Shown here piece by piece: positions 36,151 to 52,334 of a DNA stretch of 64,000 bases. The notes beneath the pieces were generated by a model. It had not been told where the DNA came from and made no database searches. It was given only the letters and a program-made list of their open reading frames with translations. The stretch's first letter is position 1, and every line of letters begins with the position of its first letter. The stretch comes from Octopus sinensis (taxonomy: Eukaryota), in contig NC_042999.1 in NCBI RefSeq assembly GCF_006345805.1, forward strand, positions 106,826,001-106,890,000, in the 5' to 3' direction. Position numbers and translations under genes: made by a program.

Positions 36151-37629
36151 CATCATGTTTGCATAGAAGAGAAGATCAGACTGATTTGTGTCCTCCACAC
36201 AATATTGTAACTACAGTCACACACAAATACACACACACATTCATACAACTAATAACACAGATACAGCTGATATACACACCTCCACATATTTGCACATGAA
36301 AGTATTCACTCATAGCTGATGCACATCTGCATACACGCATACACACATCCTGACAACTGCACACATATGCATCCCCAAGCTGATGGATACCATCAGCCCT
36401 CACCCACATGCTATCCCTCACCCACATGCCAACCCTCACCCACGTGCCAACTTACACATACTCACACCCTATACACACACATGACTGACACATGCTTAGA
36501 CATCAGACAATTACATCCACACACACACTCATACACCTAGTATATACACACACACTCTTGCCAGCCATGTTTCTGTCACCTTCCAAGTTTTTCAAAAGCC
36601 AACCAGACACCAAGACTCCACCAGCTCCCTGTCCAGCCATGTGATTCAAGAAATTCTCTTTCCTAATGCATCTGTTATTGCAGAAATACTGATGTCACTT
36701 CTAAAAACACCATGTAATCTGTCGTGACCAATAGCTGCCCGGAATCCAGTAGCCACCTTGGACTTCCTGTATCTCTTCATTCAGCTGTCTAAGCCTGAAT
36801 GAGCTAGGTTTCTACCAGAAACCTGTGAAACTTTTAAGTTGCATGGAGCCGAATCAAAATGTTTTTGAACAATAATATAAGTAACTCCTAATAAATGTAT
36901 TGAGTGCTTTTTTTCTTTCATAGCTACATCCTTCTGTGTGTTCTTCCTTTTATGAAACAATGAGATGCAATTTGAAGGGAATTTAGCAACTATTTCTTGA
37001 AGATCAAACAACTATCTAAAAGGCTCCATCATTGACTCATATAATGGCTTTTACGCTTCTTTATCTCCGGAAAAGCGTTCTGTTGTTTGTATTACTTTCC
37101 CTAATTAAATTATGAAGCCTGTCATAATTTTCTATGAAATTATTTTGCTATCCTTTTGTAATTATTTCATAGGATGAGCATAGCAATATTTTAACATCAT
37201 CACTACCATCATTCTCATTGTAATCGTCTTTGCCCTCATCCCTGACGTTGTTTTCTCATGCCAATATTGTAACTACAGTCATCAATGTCATCTCTCTCTT
37301 TCTCTCCCCTTTTCTCTTTTTTCTCTCTCCCCCCTCTCTTTCCTTCTCTCTCAAATACACAAACAACTAGATCTTGTGCCAAATCCTCAACTTTAATCTA
37401 TGTAGCTTCATTTACAATACAAGAAGATACACTGCCTTCCTGGCGGTTTTCTGCTATTATGTGTTGTTTCCTTGTGCAAAACTATTGTGGTGTCCATATC
37501 TACTGGTATATATGTATCTGTATACATATACATGCACACACACACTTGCATATATATATATACACACACACACACATATACCTGAATACCTGATGTTTCT
37601 GCAGTTTTCACAGCTATGCTGCATTCATA

Positions 37630-37669
<40 letters not shown>

Positions 37670-37672
<3 letters not shown>

Positions 37673-37843
37673 ATCTTTCTATAATATGTAATTTTTCTAA
37701 ATGGTATAATTTAGTTTTGCATTATTGAATTGATAAAAAGTGGGCTTTTTTCTAATTTATATATATATATTATACTTTGTGAAATTTGATTTTGTATTTC
37801 TAAATTGAATTTTTCCCTGTAAGTTTGGAATAATATTCCTTCA

Positions 37844-37850
<7 letters not shown>
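37670..37850. mobile_element. Short copy of the 28470-29340 repeat family
   Basis: GTAATTTTTCTAAATGGTATAATTT...TTCCCTGTAAGTTTGGAATAATATTCC; between (TA)n and (ATT)n. Confidence 0.75.
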
Positions 37851-37888
<38 letters not shown>

Positions 37889-39248
37889 TATTATATATAT
37901 TTATATATATATATATATACTTATATTGCCCTATATTTGCAAATATCAGATGACAATGACCAATGTTGCTCCATGTGATTTGAGTGAAAGGTGGAAACTC
38001 AAAAAATAACTAATTCCATTAGAAGACTGTAAGTTTGACAAAATGAATTAGAGGGTTTGTCATTCTTGTCATAATGCATGGTTTTCAGAATCATACCATT
38101 TAAATATATATGCCGTAGACATTCTTGAAACTCATTACCTGTGACATTGAATTAGATTTGAGTAAACTTTGAAGTTTTATTATTTGGAACTAATGATCTA
38201 GTCATGGGACAAACTTTTCCAAGTATATTAAATACAGGACTAAATTTTGAGGTTCTGTTTTGCTTGTAACTCAGAGAAGCCAATACTCGCATATTGTTAT
38301 ACGAACATTTATTTTTCGTGAACCTGTTTCCTGTATAAGCAACATTGACGTACCTAAAAATATTTGGAGGGGTAGGATGGTGCTGCTTGTCCAGTTTTAT
38401 CTTCCCTTCAAAGCAACACAGATAATTCATTTCAGCAGACTATCTGTAAGCATTGCAATGTAAACCAACATTGTTTAAGAGGATCCTCTTTGTTTACACG
38501 ACTGCTAACATTTGTATCTCACTATTATTTCCATGAAATATTTATCTGCATATCTTATCAATTTGATGATGATTATCAACTGGTGCCAGACCATTCACAG
38601 ACTGTGAAAGTTGGTTGAGTACATTGTTTTTCAAGATTATTCTCTTTTGGAGATACTCTGGCCAGTAGAGATACTCAGTAGAAACAGAATTATATTCCCA
38701 ATATTCATTGTGTATTCAGACATTTCTTTCAGTTGTTTTGGCCTGGCTTTCTCTGATTTAGTTACCTTTCTCTCCCTTTAGTGTTGTGGTTTTGCTACAA
38801 TTCATTCTGTTTTAGTTCCATATTTTTCTTTGGATGATCCAAGTTGTATTGAAAAATTCTAATATGGAATCAGATAGTATAATATGTATATTGTAAACAA
38901 ATATTTTAAACCAAAATCAGCATGTGAAACAGTAAATGTAAACTTAAGATAAGCATAAAAAATAACTGAAGAACCATGATTTACAAATTTGTGTATAACA
39001 GAATAAATTTGAAGTGAAAACTTTCTAAGTAATTTTGATATGATAAACTTTTCACAAATATTCTCCAAGTATCTCAAAGGAAAACCTTTACAATCTCTTA
39101 TTTTTAAAGAAGCCAATTGAAGGGAGGTAAAAAGAGTGAAAGCAGAGAACCAGGGCGAGACAATACTGCAAGAAAAGAAAGTGAAAGTAAAAGAGGATGA
39201 AATGCATTAAATGAAACAATGGGTGAAGGGATACAAATGGAGTGTGTA

Positions 39249-39291
<43 letters not shown>

Positions 39292-39454
39292 GACAGACAG
39301 AAGAGACAAAAAAATGAAGGGAGAAAGATATTTTTAAAAATCCTGAACATCAGAGTGAGAGGAAAATTTATGAAGATAAGAAAAGAGAAATATTAATACA
39401 AATAGAGATGGTAAACAAAGAAGAGATAGAAAGAGAGAACAAGAGAGAGAGAGG

Positions 39455-39485
<31 letters not shown>

Positions 39486-41059
39486 CATTGCCAGAAAATA
39501 GGGTAGAAGAAAAATATACAAATGTATGATGCTGAACAATGCTGTTAAAAATACATAGATAGTGGAATTTTTTAGAATTATCTATACAGTGTAGACTTCA
39601 AAGATTGCTTTCTTTTAGTAAAAGTTACACACCCATAACTAATTAATAAGCAGCTTTCTTTCTTATTGTACAGATGTAGATCAGCAATATGATAGAGATA
39701 GGTGGACACACAGACAGGTTGAAAGATAGGCAGGCAGACATACACACTGACAGATAAGCAAACAGACTAGCGGAGAGATATTAAGTGAGCAATAGATTGA
39801 TAACTAGACAGACAAACAGACAGGTAGATAGATAGATAGACAGACAGACAGCCAGACACACAGACAAACAGATAAATAGATGCACTGACTGGTAGGTAGA
39901 AAGAAATTCCATCTCAGTTAAATTCTTTTCAATATATGTTGAGTTTCATCCTTGAAACAAAAAGGATAGCATCAAAGATTTCAGAATATTCCTACAACAG
40001 TAGAAAGTAAAACAAAAACAACAAAAATGACCAAAACCCACTTGCATATTCCATTCAACATCGAATTGTGTATTCTATCTATTGGAATGTAAAATATCTG
40101 ATTATGACTATGTCTACGTGTGTGTGTTTGTGCGCATGTAATTGTGTGCTTGGGTGTTTGTGTCTCTATCTGTGTTTGTGCATGTGTGTGTGTGTGTGTC
40201 AGTGGTTGTGTGTGTGTATATATGTAGAAGGGGGCTATCACAATTACAAAAAAAATTTTAAATCAAATTTCAAATTATGGACTCAAATAAGACCTTTATA
40301 ATCATTTTGTTAATTACATGAGATTCCAAGGAATTTAATTAGCATTAATGTTGCTATATTGGTGGCTAGTATGTTTAACACATGTTTAACGCACCAACAA
40401 GTTGAGTAGATGATGCAGAGTAATGCATGATCAATACTTGCAATACATCAGATATAGAGCTGACAAAACTTCATTTACACTTATTTATACATACATATAT
40501 ATACACACACACACACACATATATATATGTATGTGTATATGTATGTATGCCTGTATGTGCGTATGTATAAATGTATATATGCATGCATATATATATAGCG
40601 AGAGATATATACGTATGTCTATATATCTATCTATATATATATACATATATATATATACGTATACATACAAATATGTATCTATAAATATATGTATACATTC
40701 ATATATACATATTTACATAAACATACAAACATAATATCCCTTAGACCCCTTCTTTGCTTTCCCTACTCTTGCCTAGCCCACACCCCAACACCACCACACC
40801 ACACCACACCATACACTACCACACCACCATACCACACCATATCACACCACCTCGCACACACTAGCACTGACCACTTCCCAGCACCTACACCATCATCCAC
40901 ACACATACACATGCTCACACGCACACGTCAAAGTCACCAATCCCCTTCCACATGCACATACATGCTCTCACATATACACACATGTGCACCTTCATTTTGG
41001 AATCACCACTACATTTTGGGCTCTCCCTTTCTTCCTAGTTCTCCTGTGTGACCCCTCTG

Positions 41060-41240
41060 TCTTGCATTTGCCATGATAGACCGCTAGCCACTAAACCTTT
41101 TCTATTTTCTCTCCCTGTTTATTTCTGTGTTCCTTTCTGTTGAAGAGCATAGGCTCGAAACATAAAAGACTTTCTCACTTCTTGAGCATTAAACTAATAC
41201 ATGTGTTTGTTGTTTACACACCCATATCCGCCTTTTGTTT
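41060..41240 (+). mobile_element. PLE-type terminal-repeat fragment with a minimal HHR-like motif
   Basis: CTTT-CTGTTGA-A-GAGC-ATAG-GCTC-GAAA-CAT-A-AAAG at 41133-41168; paralogue at 53140-53300. Confidence 0.6.
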
Positions 41241-42035
41241 TTTTGTAAGAGGGAATGCATTGAAGAAGTAGACCCAGGAAGACCTGGGATGAGGTGGTGA
41301 AGCACAACCTTCGAACACTGGGCCTCACCGAGGCATTGACTAGTGACCAAGACCTTTGGAAATATGTTGTGCTTGAAAAGACCCAGCAAGCCAAGTGAGA
41401 TCATAAACCGTGGTCTATGGCAGCAGTGTAACAAGCCTACTTATGCATACCTTTCTTTCGTTGGACACTAAACTTTGCTTGTGGAGACCTGTTGAGGCAA
41501 GTAAAATCACAATTGAAAATCACAATCAAAATCAAATTCTCTGATATGGCCAATAACACTGCTTGATTGGCACCCGTGCCAGTGGAACATTAAAGCACCA
41601 TCCGAGCGTTATTGTTGCCAGGACCACCGACTGTCTCCCATGCCAGTGGCACATAAAAAGCACCATTCGAGCGTGACCATTACCAGCGTCGATAGACTGG
41701 CACTTGTACCAGTGGCATGTGAAAAAGCAACATTCGAGCGATAATATTGCCAGTGCCGCTGGACTGGCTCCTGTGGATGTGGCGCATAAAAAACACCATT
41801 TGAGCATGGCCATCACCAGTACCGCCTGACTGGCTCTCGTGCCAGTGGCACGTAAAAAGCACCCATTACACTATCAGAGTGCTTGGTGTTAGGAAGGGCA
41901 TCCAGCTGTAAAAAATCTTCCAGATCAAATTGGAGCCTGGTGCAACCCTCTGGCTCACCAGTCCTCAGTCAGACCGTCCAACCCATGCCAGCATGGAAAC
42001 CGGACGTTAAACGATGGTGATGATGATGATGATGA
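41240..42035 (+). mobile_element. RTE-clade LINE 3' end (ORF C-terminus, 3' UTR with ~65-bp tandem units, (GAT)n tail)
   Basis: SRPRKTWDEVVKHNLRTLGLTEALTSDQDLWKYVVLEKTQQAK*; tail GTTAGGAAGGGCATCCAGCTGTA...CCATGCCAGCATGG followed by (GAT)n. Confidence 0.9.
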
Positions 42036-42774
42036 TATATATATATATATATATATATACTCTCCTGTCGTTGAACGATGTGTGGGGGTTCAAGAATTTC
42101 TTACTGAACAACCACACATGATTTGATTATAGTGATCAAGTGTTTGTGTAGACATAATCTCACTCCTTCCTTCAGATTGAGATTACCTATACATATATGC
42201 ACTACCTTAAGTCCCTGGAAATTTCCTATGCTTTGTCCATAGCTCATGAGGGTGCTCCGTACAGGGCTAACCATCACGTACATAATTCATGTTGCAAGGA
42301 GTCCTTCACTTCTATATCATTATAAAACTTATAGGTTCTGTCACGTAATCTTCTCGTGTAAACATAAGTTTTATTCCACATTTGCTCATTACTCAAAATT
42401 TTATAATTTTTCCTAACTATATCTGGATCTTTTTACTCTTTCTCCAAATGTGTAAGTGCCAATTTTCCCTCGTATTCTTGTATATTCTCTTTTTCTGAAC
42501 ACACTTTCTTCTCTGCTACTGCCATTCCTGCTCCTTTACCTCAATGTTTATCTCTTCTTGCCTCTACGTCTAGCCAGTTGACATTCATAACTGATTTATG
42601 GTATCCTTAACATTATCTTTGCCATCTATGTTGTTTCCTTTCATTTGGTTGATTTTAATTTTATCTTCGCCTCTTCTCTCTCCGGTTCTATCTTTCTTCA
42701 TTTCTTTTTATATCCTAAAAGTTGTCCTTCCTCTTCTTTCTCTCACTCTGATCTAGTTCTGCTTCTTTTCTTCG

Positions 42775-42955
42775 TTTAACGTCCGTTTTTCAAGCTAGCA
42801 TGGATTGGACGGTTCGACCAGGGTCTGGGAAGCCAGGAGGCTACATCAGGCTCCAGTCTGATCTAGCAGTATTTCTACAGCTGGATGCCCTTCCTAACTC
42901 CAATCACTCCGTGAGTGTAGTGGGCGCTTTTTACGTGCCACTGGCAAGGTCTCCT
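42775..42955 (-). mobile_element. RTE-type 3' tail
   Basis: CGTTTAACGTCCG...GCATGGATTGGACGG...GGATGCCCTTCCTAAC. Confidence 0.85.
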
Positions 42956-43062
42956 TGCAACATATTTTCTAATCTTATTCTGTACATTTTTGTGCTCCAA
43001 GTAAGTATATTTTTATCAAGCTTAACTGTGTTCATCTCCATTGCTACCTCTCTATATACATT

Positions 43063-43111
<49 letters not shown>

Positions 43112-44387
43112 CATATATACATATGTACATAGATATATATGCATGTATATATATATATATATACACACGCATGTATATATATAGAGAGAGAGTGACAGAT
43201 AGACAGACAGACAGATACGTTGGTATGCGTATGTATGTATGTGATATGTTAACACTTTCAGCCACAGTAAAGTACGTAGTAATTAAATATTACAGTCAAT
43301 CAGCTTTAAAGTAGTCGACATTATTTACAATCTTTATCACCTTCAAAGGTGTAAACTACAGTAGTAGCTACAAGCTTTGGTCCTGGAAATCTAAGAGATA
43401 TTTGTTAGTTTATGTTCTGTGATTAGCACCATTGATGGTGGACAGCCAAGTTGGGTCCCTTGATAATATATGTAAAAATATTACAATATCAAGTATTGAA
43501 AATCTCCCAGACTGAAAAAGACTGGTTTTTACAGATATCATATATTAGACTACTCACTATTTCACTCACATACAATCACAATTATACCTATGATTCATAA
43601 TACAGTATGTTACTTGTAATTCTGTGCATGTGTGTGTGCGTGTGCATGCGTGCGTACGTGCGTGCATGTATGACTGTGTGTGCACATGCACATGTCTGAT
43701 GTATGTGTATATATGTAAAACCACCATGATCGAGTAACTATTAGCTTTTGTCACAGCATCTCTCTAGGAGAGGGACACTGGTTTAAAGCTGCAGTTTCAT
43801 ATAATTTCAGGTCATTTCAGTTTGGCCTGTCACTAGGTACTAATCATGGAGACTTCAAGAGTAACTGTCATGTTGTACAAGCATTTATCACTATAATTTA
43901 AGGATGATCAGATGTCTCTTTATGGTGATTTTATTCATCATTCTATCAACTAAAAGTCTTATGACAATGGAAAAGTTGTGACATGTGCAAACCTAACCAG
44001 CTGGAAATACACAGTAAGTTACAACTTTGGTCTGTCACCTATGCTCCAAATCATGCAGATCTGCAATAGGCCATGGACAGAAAGTCAGAAATACTATTGA
44101 CAGCAAAGAAGCACAGAGAGACAGCTATCATCTGTGAAGGTCAGTCATTATGTGTGTAAGTATGTACGTATATGTTTATATATATATAGTTTATAGATGA
44201 CATCCAAATATTCTCAGAATAGAGATTTAAATTTGAGTGGGTATAGAAGTGAATGCAAGGATAAGATATTTAGACAGATTAATATATAAAGTATATTAAA
44301 TACATGAAATACAAAAATGTGTACATATATGTATGTATATAAAAAGGTCCAATGTACACAGAAAACAAATGATATAGAAAATTAAAG

Positions 44388-44597
44388 GGATGTAATGGCT
44401 GTGTGGTAAGTAGCTTGCTTACCAACCACATGGTTCCAGGTTCATTCCCACTATGTGGCACCTTGGGCAAGTGTCTTCTACTGTAGCCTCAGGCTAACCA
44501 AAACCTTGTGAGTGGATTTGGTTGACAGAAACTGAAAGAAGCCTGTCGTATATATGTATATGTATATATATATATACATATATATATATGTGCGTGC

Positions 44598-44643
<46 letters not shown>

Positions 44644-44656
44644 TTATATATATATG

Positions 44657-44692
<36 letters not shown>

Positions 44693-44925
44693 TGTGTGTG
44701 TGTCTATTTTTGTGTGTCTGTGTTTGTCCCCCCAACGGTGCTTGACAACTGATGCTGGTGTGTTTACGTCCCCATAACTTAGTAGTTTGGCAAAAGGGAA
44801 TGATAGAATAAGTACTAGGCTAGGCTTACAAAGAATAAGTCCTGGGGTCGATTTGCTCAACTAAAGGCAGTGCTCCTGCATGGCCACAGTCAAATGACTA
44901 AAACAAGTAAAAAGGAATAAAAGAG
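44388..44925 (+). mobile_element. Full-length composite SINE (same family as 33495-34050)
   Basis: Same head, CORE-like body, internal (TA)n(TATG)n and tail CATGGCCACAGTCAAATGACTAAAACAAG. Confidence 0.9.
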
Positions 44926-45201
44926 ATCCTCTTTAATTTTCTATATCATTTGCTTTCTGTGTAAGCAGGACCTTTGTATAGGTATACATTTATACATTTT
45001 TTGTATTTCAAGTTTTTAATATACTTTATATATTAATCTGTCTAAATTGCTTTTTCCTATATTCACTTCTGTTTACACACACACACACACACACACGGGA
45101 TTAAAACGGTAGTAACATTGAACAACCATGTTGATGTGGAGATAAACATCACTTAAATATATACATACATATGCATATACATACACATATATATATACTT
45201 A

Positions 45202-45254
<53 letters not shown>

Positions 45255-46101
45255 CCAAGTGAGTTGACTAACAAATGAAAGTGGTATTTAATGCATTTGG
45301 TTCAAGCTACAGGTCCAGACTACAAACAAAACTTTAAGTCATATGGAGCTGAGTCTAACAGTTATCAAATGTGTATGCAGGTGTGTGTATATGTGTTGTG
45401 TGTATATGTGCATGCATGTGTGTGCATGTGTGTGTGCTTGTGTGTGTGTGTATGTATGTGTGTGCATGTGTGTATGTGTGCAATAGTGATAGGAGCATCT
45501 GTTAAATACCATGGCTAACAACTTTACTAATTAGCATGGACTACCACTGCTTTGTTTCCACTGCCAAGATTCTTGACGACCAATGACGTAAGAGCTCATG
45601 AAACTCTCAGTAAGTATTGAGTGTGATATAGTTGAACTCTACAAACAGCAGTTGTTCTGTAGTTCACTGGCTTGCAGTTACTACAGAACAACTGCATGCA
45701 ATTGTCTATTGTTGCATCTAACAGAGACTATTTCTTATTAAACTGATTTTATTTTATATTTCAACTTGTGAACAATAGTTTCATTACTTACAGGATTTCA
45801 ATTAGCTGACCATTGGTTCACTGCATTTCTGATGGTGAGATTAATGATGGAATGCAGAAAATGCAGGGCAAAAGATTCTGCTTGAAGAGTATCAGTTTTT
45901 CAATTTTCTTGTACATTGATAAAGGATATAATCACAGTTAGATAGGCAGACAGGCTTTCAGACAAACAGACGGACATGTGGCTAGATTATATAATGAGTT
46001 CCTGCACAGTTTCCATTTACCAAATTTCACTAACTAGATACAGGTCAATCCAAAAGTATGGTAAAAAAAACACTTGCCCAAAAATCTGCATATGGGAATC
46101 A

Positions 46102-46337
46102 AACCTATTTCTTTACTACCCACAAGGGGCTAAACACAGAGGGGACAAACAAGGACAGACAAACGGATTAAGACGATTACATCGACCCCAGTACGTAACT
46201 GGTACTTATTTAATCAACCCCGAAAGGATGAAAGGCAAAGTTGACCTCGGCGGAATTTGAACTCAGAACGTAGCGGCAGACGAAATACTGCTAAGCATTT
46301 CGCCCAGCGTGCTAACGATTCTGCCATCTCACCACCT
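46102..46337 (-). mobile_element. Young full-length tRNA-derived SINE with a Tx1-like 3' tail
   Basis: Minus strand: GGTGAGATGGCAGAATCGTTAGCACG...GAGTTCAAATTCCG (B box)...TTTGTCCCCTCTGTGTTTAGCCCCTTGTGGGTAGTAAAGAAATAGG; CpGs retained. Confidence 0.9.
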
Positions 46338-48199
46338 TTCCTGCTGAATCAAACCATTAGCTTACTTAATTACAAAGACACAGAAACTAGATTAGTGCTG
46401 ACTGTATTGATCTTTGTGAATTGGAAACATCTAGGAAGCCTACAAAAGTAATCAACATTCACAAATCCTCTAAGACAATGAAATCAATACTTACAGTCAT
46501 TATAAAATACAAAATATCAAGTTTCAAAATAGACTCTTAAAACTTCATATCAACCTTTTAAAATCACTTAGCCATATCAGCTATACACAAGAAAATTACT
46601 TGAAAATATTCACTTCCCTCCTCCATATGCCTTAGAAAAGAAAAATCACTTACCAATAAACTCTATCTGTTTGTTATATTAACTTTGCCATTGCTACAGA
46701 TATAGTAAATAGCAAACAGCTGATACTGAGCTTTTTCTCCAATCACAGCCATTCTGAGCTGTTTCTCCAATCACAATTATTCTGATGAACTTGTAATACA
46801 GAACAGACCTAATGATTTTTGTGAATGTTATTTTCCTGAGAGAAGGAAAACAAACAACTGCCATGCCTATTTTCTTGCAAAATTTCCTGCCATACCATGC
46901 TGCTAACTGATCATACAGCAGCCTCTCAAACTTAGGATTCATAAAATAGAAGCAATGCATTATTCTTTCATTATTAGACTTTAGTCATACTGATGTAGGA
47001 GCTTCAGGGTTTTTTAGTCATTTCCTTTGACGCTAGTGTTTATTTAACCTATGCCTGTTTCATGAATTTATAAGTTACATTCTTTTAACTCGATACAATT
47101 TTTTGCCACAAGTCTTATGACAATTACATGAACACAAATACAGAGAAACATACACTCACAGAAAAATGCACACATACCTTGCATGTGTGAGAAGATGCTT
47201 GACCTGGATAGATCTCATCAGCAATTTCTGACACCACCCCATATCAGTCTTACAAGTCAAGCCTGAGTGTTGGTTGTCTTCAATATAGAATTATACCTGA
47301 GATCTCTCAGGTGATACATGTTTGTAACATGCTTCTAAGCAAAATGAGACAAAATGGTACCAGATGTTTTCTCAATTAAATCTCACTGGAATGGCTCAAA
47401 AGGAATTTATTTCTATATCCACTGTTACTACTGAAAAATCTTCAGGTACATGGGACATTATTATTGTCTTTTGAATCAGCAGATCACTGAATTAATTCAG
47501 TTTGAACCTATAGTAGTATTGATCCTAGCATCACAATCCAATACAAACACTCAACAATTGAGCAGCTGCATGGTCACTTAACTTGCTAAAAGCAGCATTT
47601 GACCTTTATGAAACTGAATCAACCCATCTTAGACATACATGCATTAACAGACACAGAATCCTAGATATATTATCTTTGAAAATAGGACGAGAGTGTACAT
47701 CACTGGAAAGTCATTCAATGTGTCTGGTCAATCTGTGTCAATATGGGGCTAAATTAAAAATGAAGATAATAACTGTTCTGGTATTATAAAATGCTAGGTA
47801 TTATTGGCAACAATAAGAAAAGAAATGTAGGTTCTGCTGACTTGAATCCCAAACAGTAGTCCTTGGTTTCTTAGTAGGTCATCATTGCCAGTGGAGCAAT
47901 TCAGCAAATACTGATATTTCATTAATGATAGAGTAGTTAACAACCATGCTATACTAATGGTAAATACTGTTCACATGACTTAACATTGCTTCATTAAATT
48001 CATTTTAACAAAATTCCAATATAAATATATTATACAAACAATTTCTTCTTAGCCAAATGAGGCCTGCAAAGGCCTATGTCTTGTCTTCTGCTGTGCATAA
48101 GCATATATGGGTGTCTTTATAGGTATGAACACAGAACTGCACACACATAGAAATGTGCACATATGCATGCACACACACACATGTTAATGCATATATGTC

Positions 48200-50380
<2,181 letters not shown>

Positions 50381-50384
50381 AATA

Positions 50385-50800
50385 TATTCAAGCATGATCG
50401 TTGCCACTGCTGCCTGACAGGCTCCCATGCTGGTGACACATAAAAAGTACCATTCGAATGTAGCTGATGCCAGTGTCGGCTGACGGGTCCCATGCCGCTG
50501 GCACATAAAAAGCACCATTCAAGCGTGGTCGTTGCCAGTGCTGCCTGACTGGCTCCTATGCTGGTGGCAAAAAAATAGCACCATTCAAGCATGGTTGATG
50601 ACAGTACTGCATGACTGGCCCTCATGCTGGTGACATGTAAAAAGCACCTACTACATTTTCAGAGTGGTTGGTATTAGGAAGGGCATCCAGCTGTAGAAAC
50701 TTTGCCAGATCAGATTGGAGCATAGTGCAGCCTTCTGTCAAACTGTCCAACCCATGCCAGCTTTGAAAGCAGACGTTAAACAATGATGAGATGATGATGA
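50385..50800 (+). mobile_element. RTE 3' UTR fragment with ~4 tandem ~65-bp units and tail
   Basis: Repeated AAAAAGCACCATTC...GTTGCCAGTG...GACTGGCTCC, then GTATTAGGAAGGGCATCCAGCTGTAG and (GAT)n. Confidence 0.85.
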
Positions 50801-50910
50801 TATAATCAACATACATACATACATATATTATACTTATATTTATGCATACATTTATAAATATATATGTTTCCATATTTATACTCATATTTATACATATGTG
50901 TGTGTGTATG

Positions 50911-50956
<46 letters not shown>

Positions 50957-51254
50957 GAGAGAAAAAGAGCGTGGGAGTTAATAACTCTGCAGTTAAGGAG
51001 TTTTGTTGCACAACCATGTGATTGCAGTTTCAGCCCCACTGCATAGCACTTTAGGGTTCTACTAAAGCCACAGGCTAACCAATGACTTCTGAGTGGATTT
51101 GTGGGATTGAAACTGTAAGAATCCCATTGTGCATATGACTAATTTCGTAATAAAATGCAGATGGCTAGCTGGATGAATCCTCTGAACTTTCAAAATGAGA
51201 GCGAAGGAAACTATGATAGTCCTTTGGAAGGCCTCAGTTACCACACAATATAAA

Positions 51255-51660
51255 ATTCATGGTGGAACTCAAAGCAATCCAAGGAAGCTACTCGATGAAA
51301 ATCATCTCAATGCAACATATCAGCTACTGAGAAAGGCTGAAAGAGTTAAAATCCTTCTTCCTGGAGCAAAGGTGGGAAAAACATGCAGTGGTATACAGCT
51401 GGAAAATCCTGGAAGGCCTTGTATCAAACTTTGGCATTGAAAGTTACACAAACAGCAGAATGGGGTGCCACTGCATAGTGCCAAAGATACCAGCATCACT
51501 ATCAAAATAGAGGACCAGATACTGCAACAGCATAAAACTCCCTCATTCACCAAATGCTACATATAAAAAATATAAAAAGAGGTTTCAAATAATGGAGTAA
51601 CACAGCCAACAGTGGTGCCCTAGCATGACCAAAGCCTTAAAGCTGAAACACTTTAAAGAT
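51255..51660 (+). mobile_element. CR1-group LINE 3' fragment
   Basis: ERLKELK...WKILEGLVSNFGIESYTNSRMGCHCIVPKIP...RYCNS; tail GTGGTGCCCTAGCATGACC...GCTGAAAC. Confidence 0.75.
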
Positions 51661-51675
51661 CTAGCAATTTATGTG

Positions 51676-51706
<31 letters not shown>

Positions 51707-52294
51707 GAATCCAACCAACTAAGGGATAACATCGATCTAATATATTGCTGGTGGAATGCCCAATTATTAATACACAAGTTTTCTTTCATTGCATGGCAAT
51801 TACACTACTAAATGTAATAAATGAGTGAGGGTAAAAAGTTGTTTTACCTTTAATTTAGACGGCAATAAGAAAATAAAGGAGATCAAGAGGTGGTATTCAT
51901 CAACTTTTGGACATTATATTATGTCTATTTATTTATTTAAAAAAAAACAATTATAACAATAAACATACATGTATAACATATGCTTTACATATATAAAAAA
52001 ATAGCAGCAATTATTAAAATATGTAACATAGAACATAGAAAGTAGAATAGTTTCTCACAGCTGTTTCAACCAAGAGGCCATAGTATCCCACTTTACTTCC
52101 ATCCCTTCAGTGAACTGAAGTATTTGGTAGATAAGATTAAGGTATTTGAATGTGCCTCTGGGTTTTGTCAGAGAGTTTAGAAAGTTCATGAAGTTAAGTT
52201 ATAAATATAAATACATATATACACACTTTTACATATACATACATATATACACACTTTTACATATACATACATATACATAAATACATATATATAC

Positions 52295-52334
<40 letters not shown>

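Noticed and set aside
38152-38463. Overlapping 92-aa and 67-aa ORFs in unique sequence
   Set aside because: No recognisable motif; lengths are compatible with chance.
41570-41875. Regularly spaced ~65-bp repeats superficially like a CRISPR array
   Set aside because: The whole unit is repeated, with no unique spacers; it lies in an RTE 3' UTR; eukaryotic context; no cas genes.
43957-44013. Possible 57-nt exon SYDNGKVVTCANLTSWKYT (Ig-like DxGxxxTC) ending at GTAAGT
   Set aside because: Weak acceptor (TAAAAG, poor pyrimidine tract) and no supporting neighbouring exons; cannot be supported without RNA-seq.
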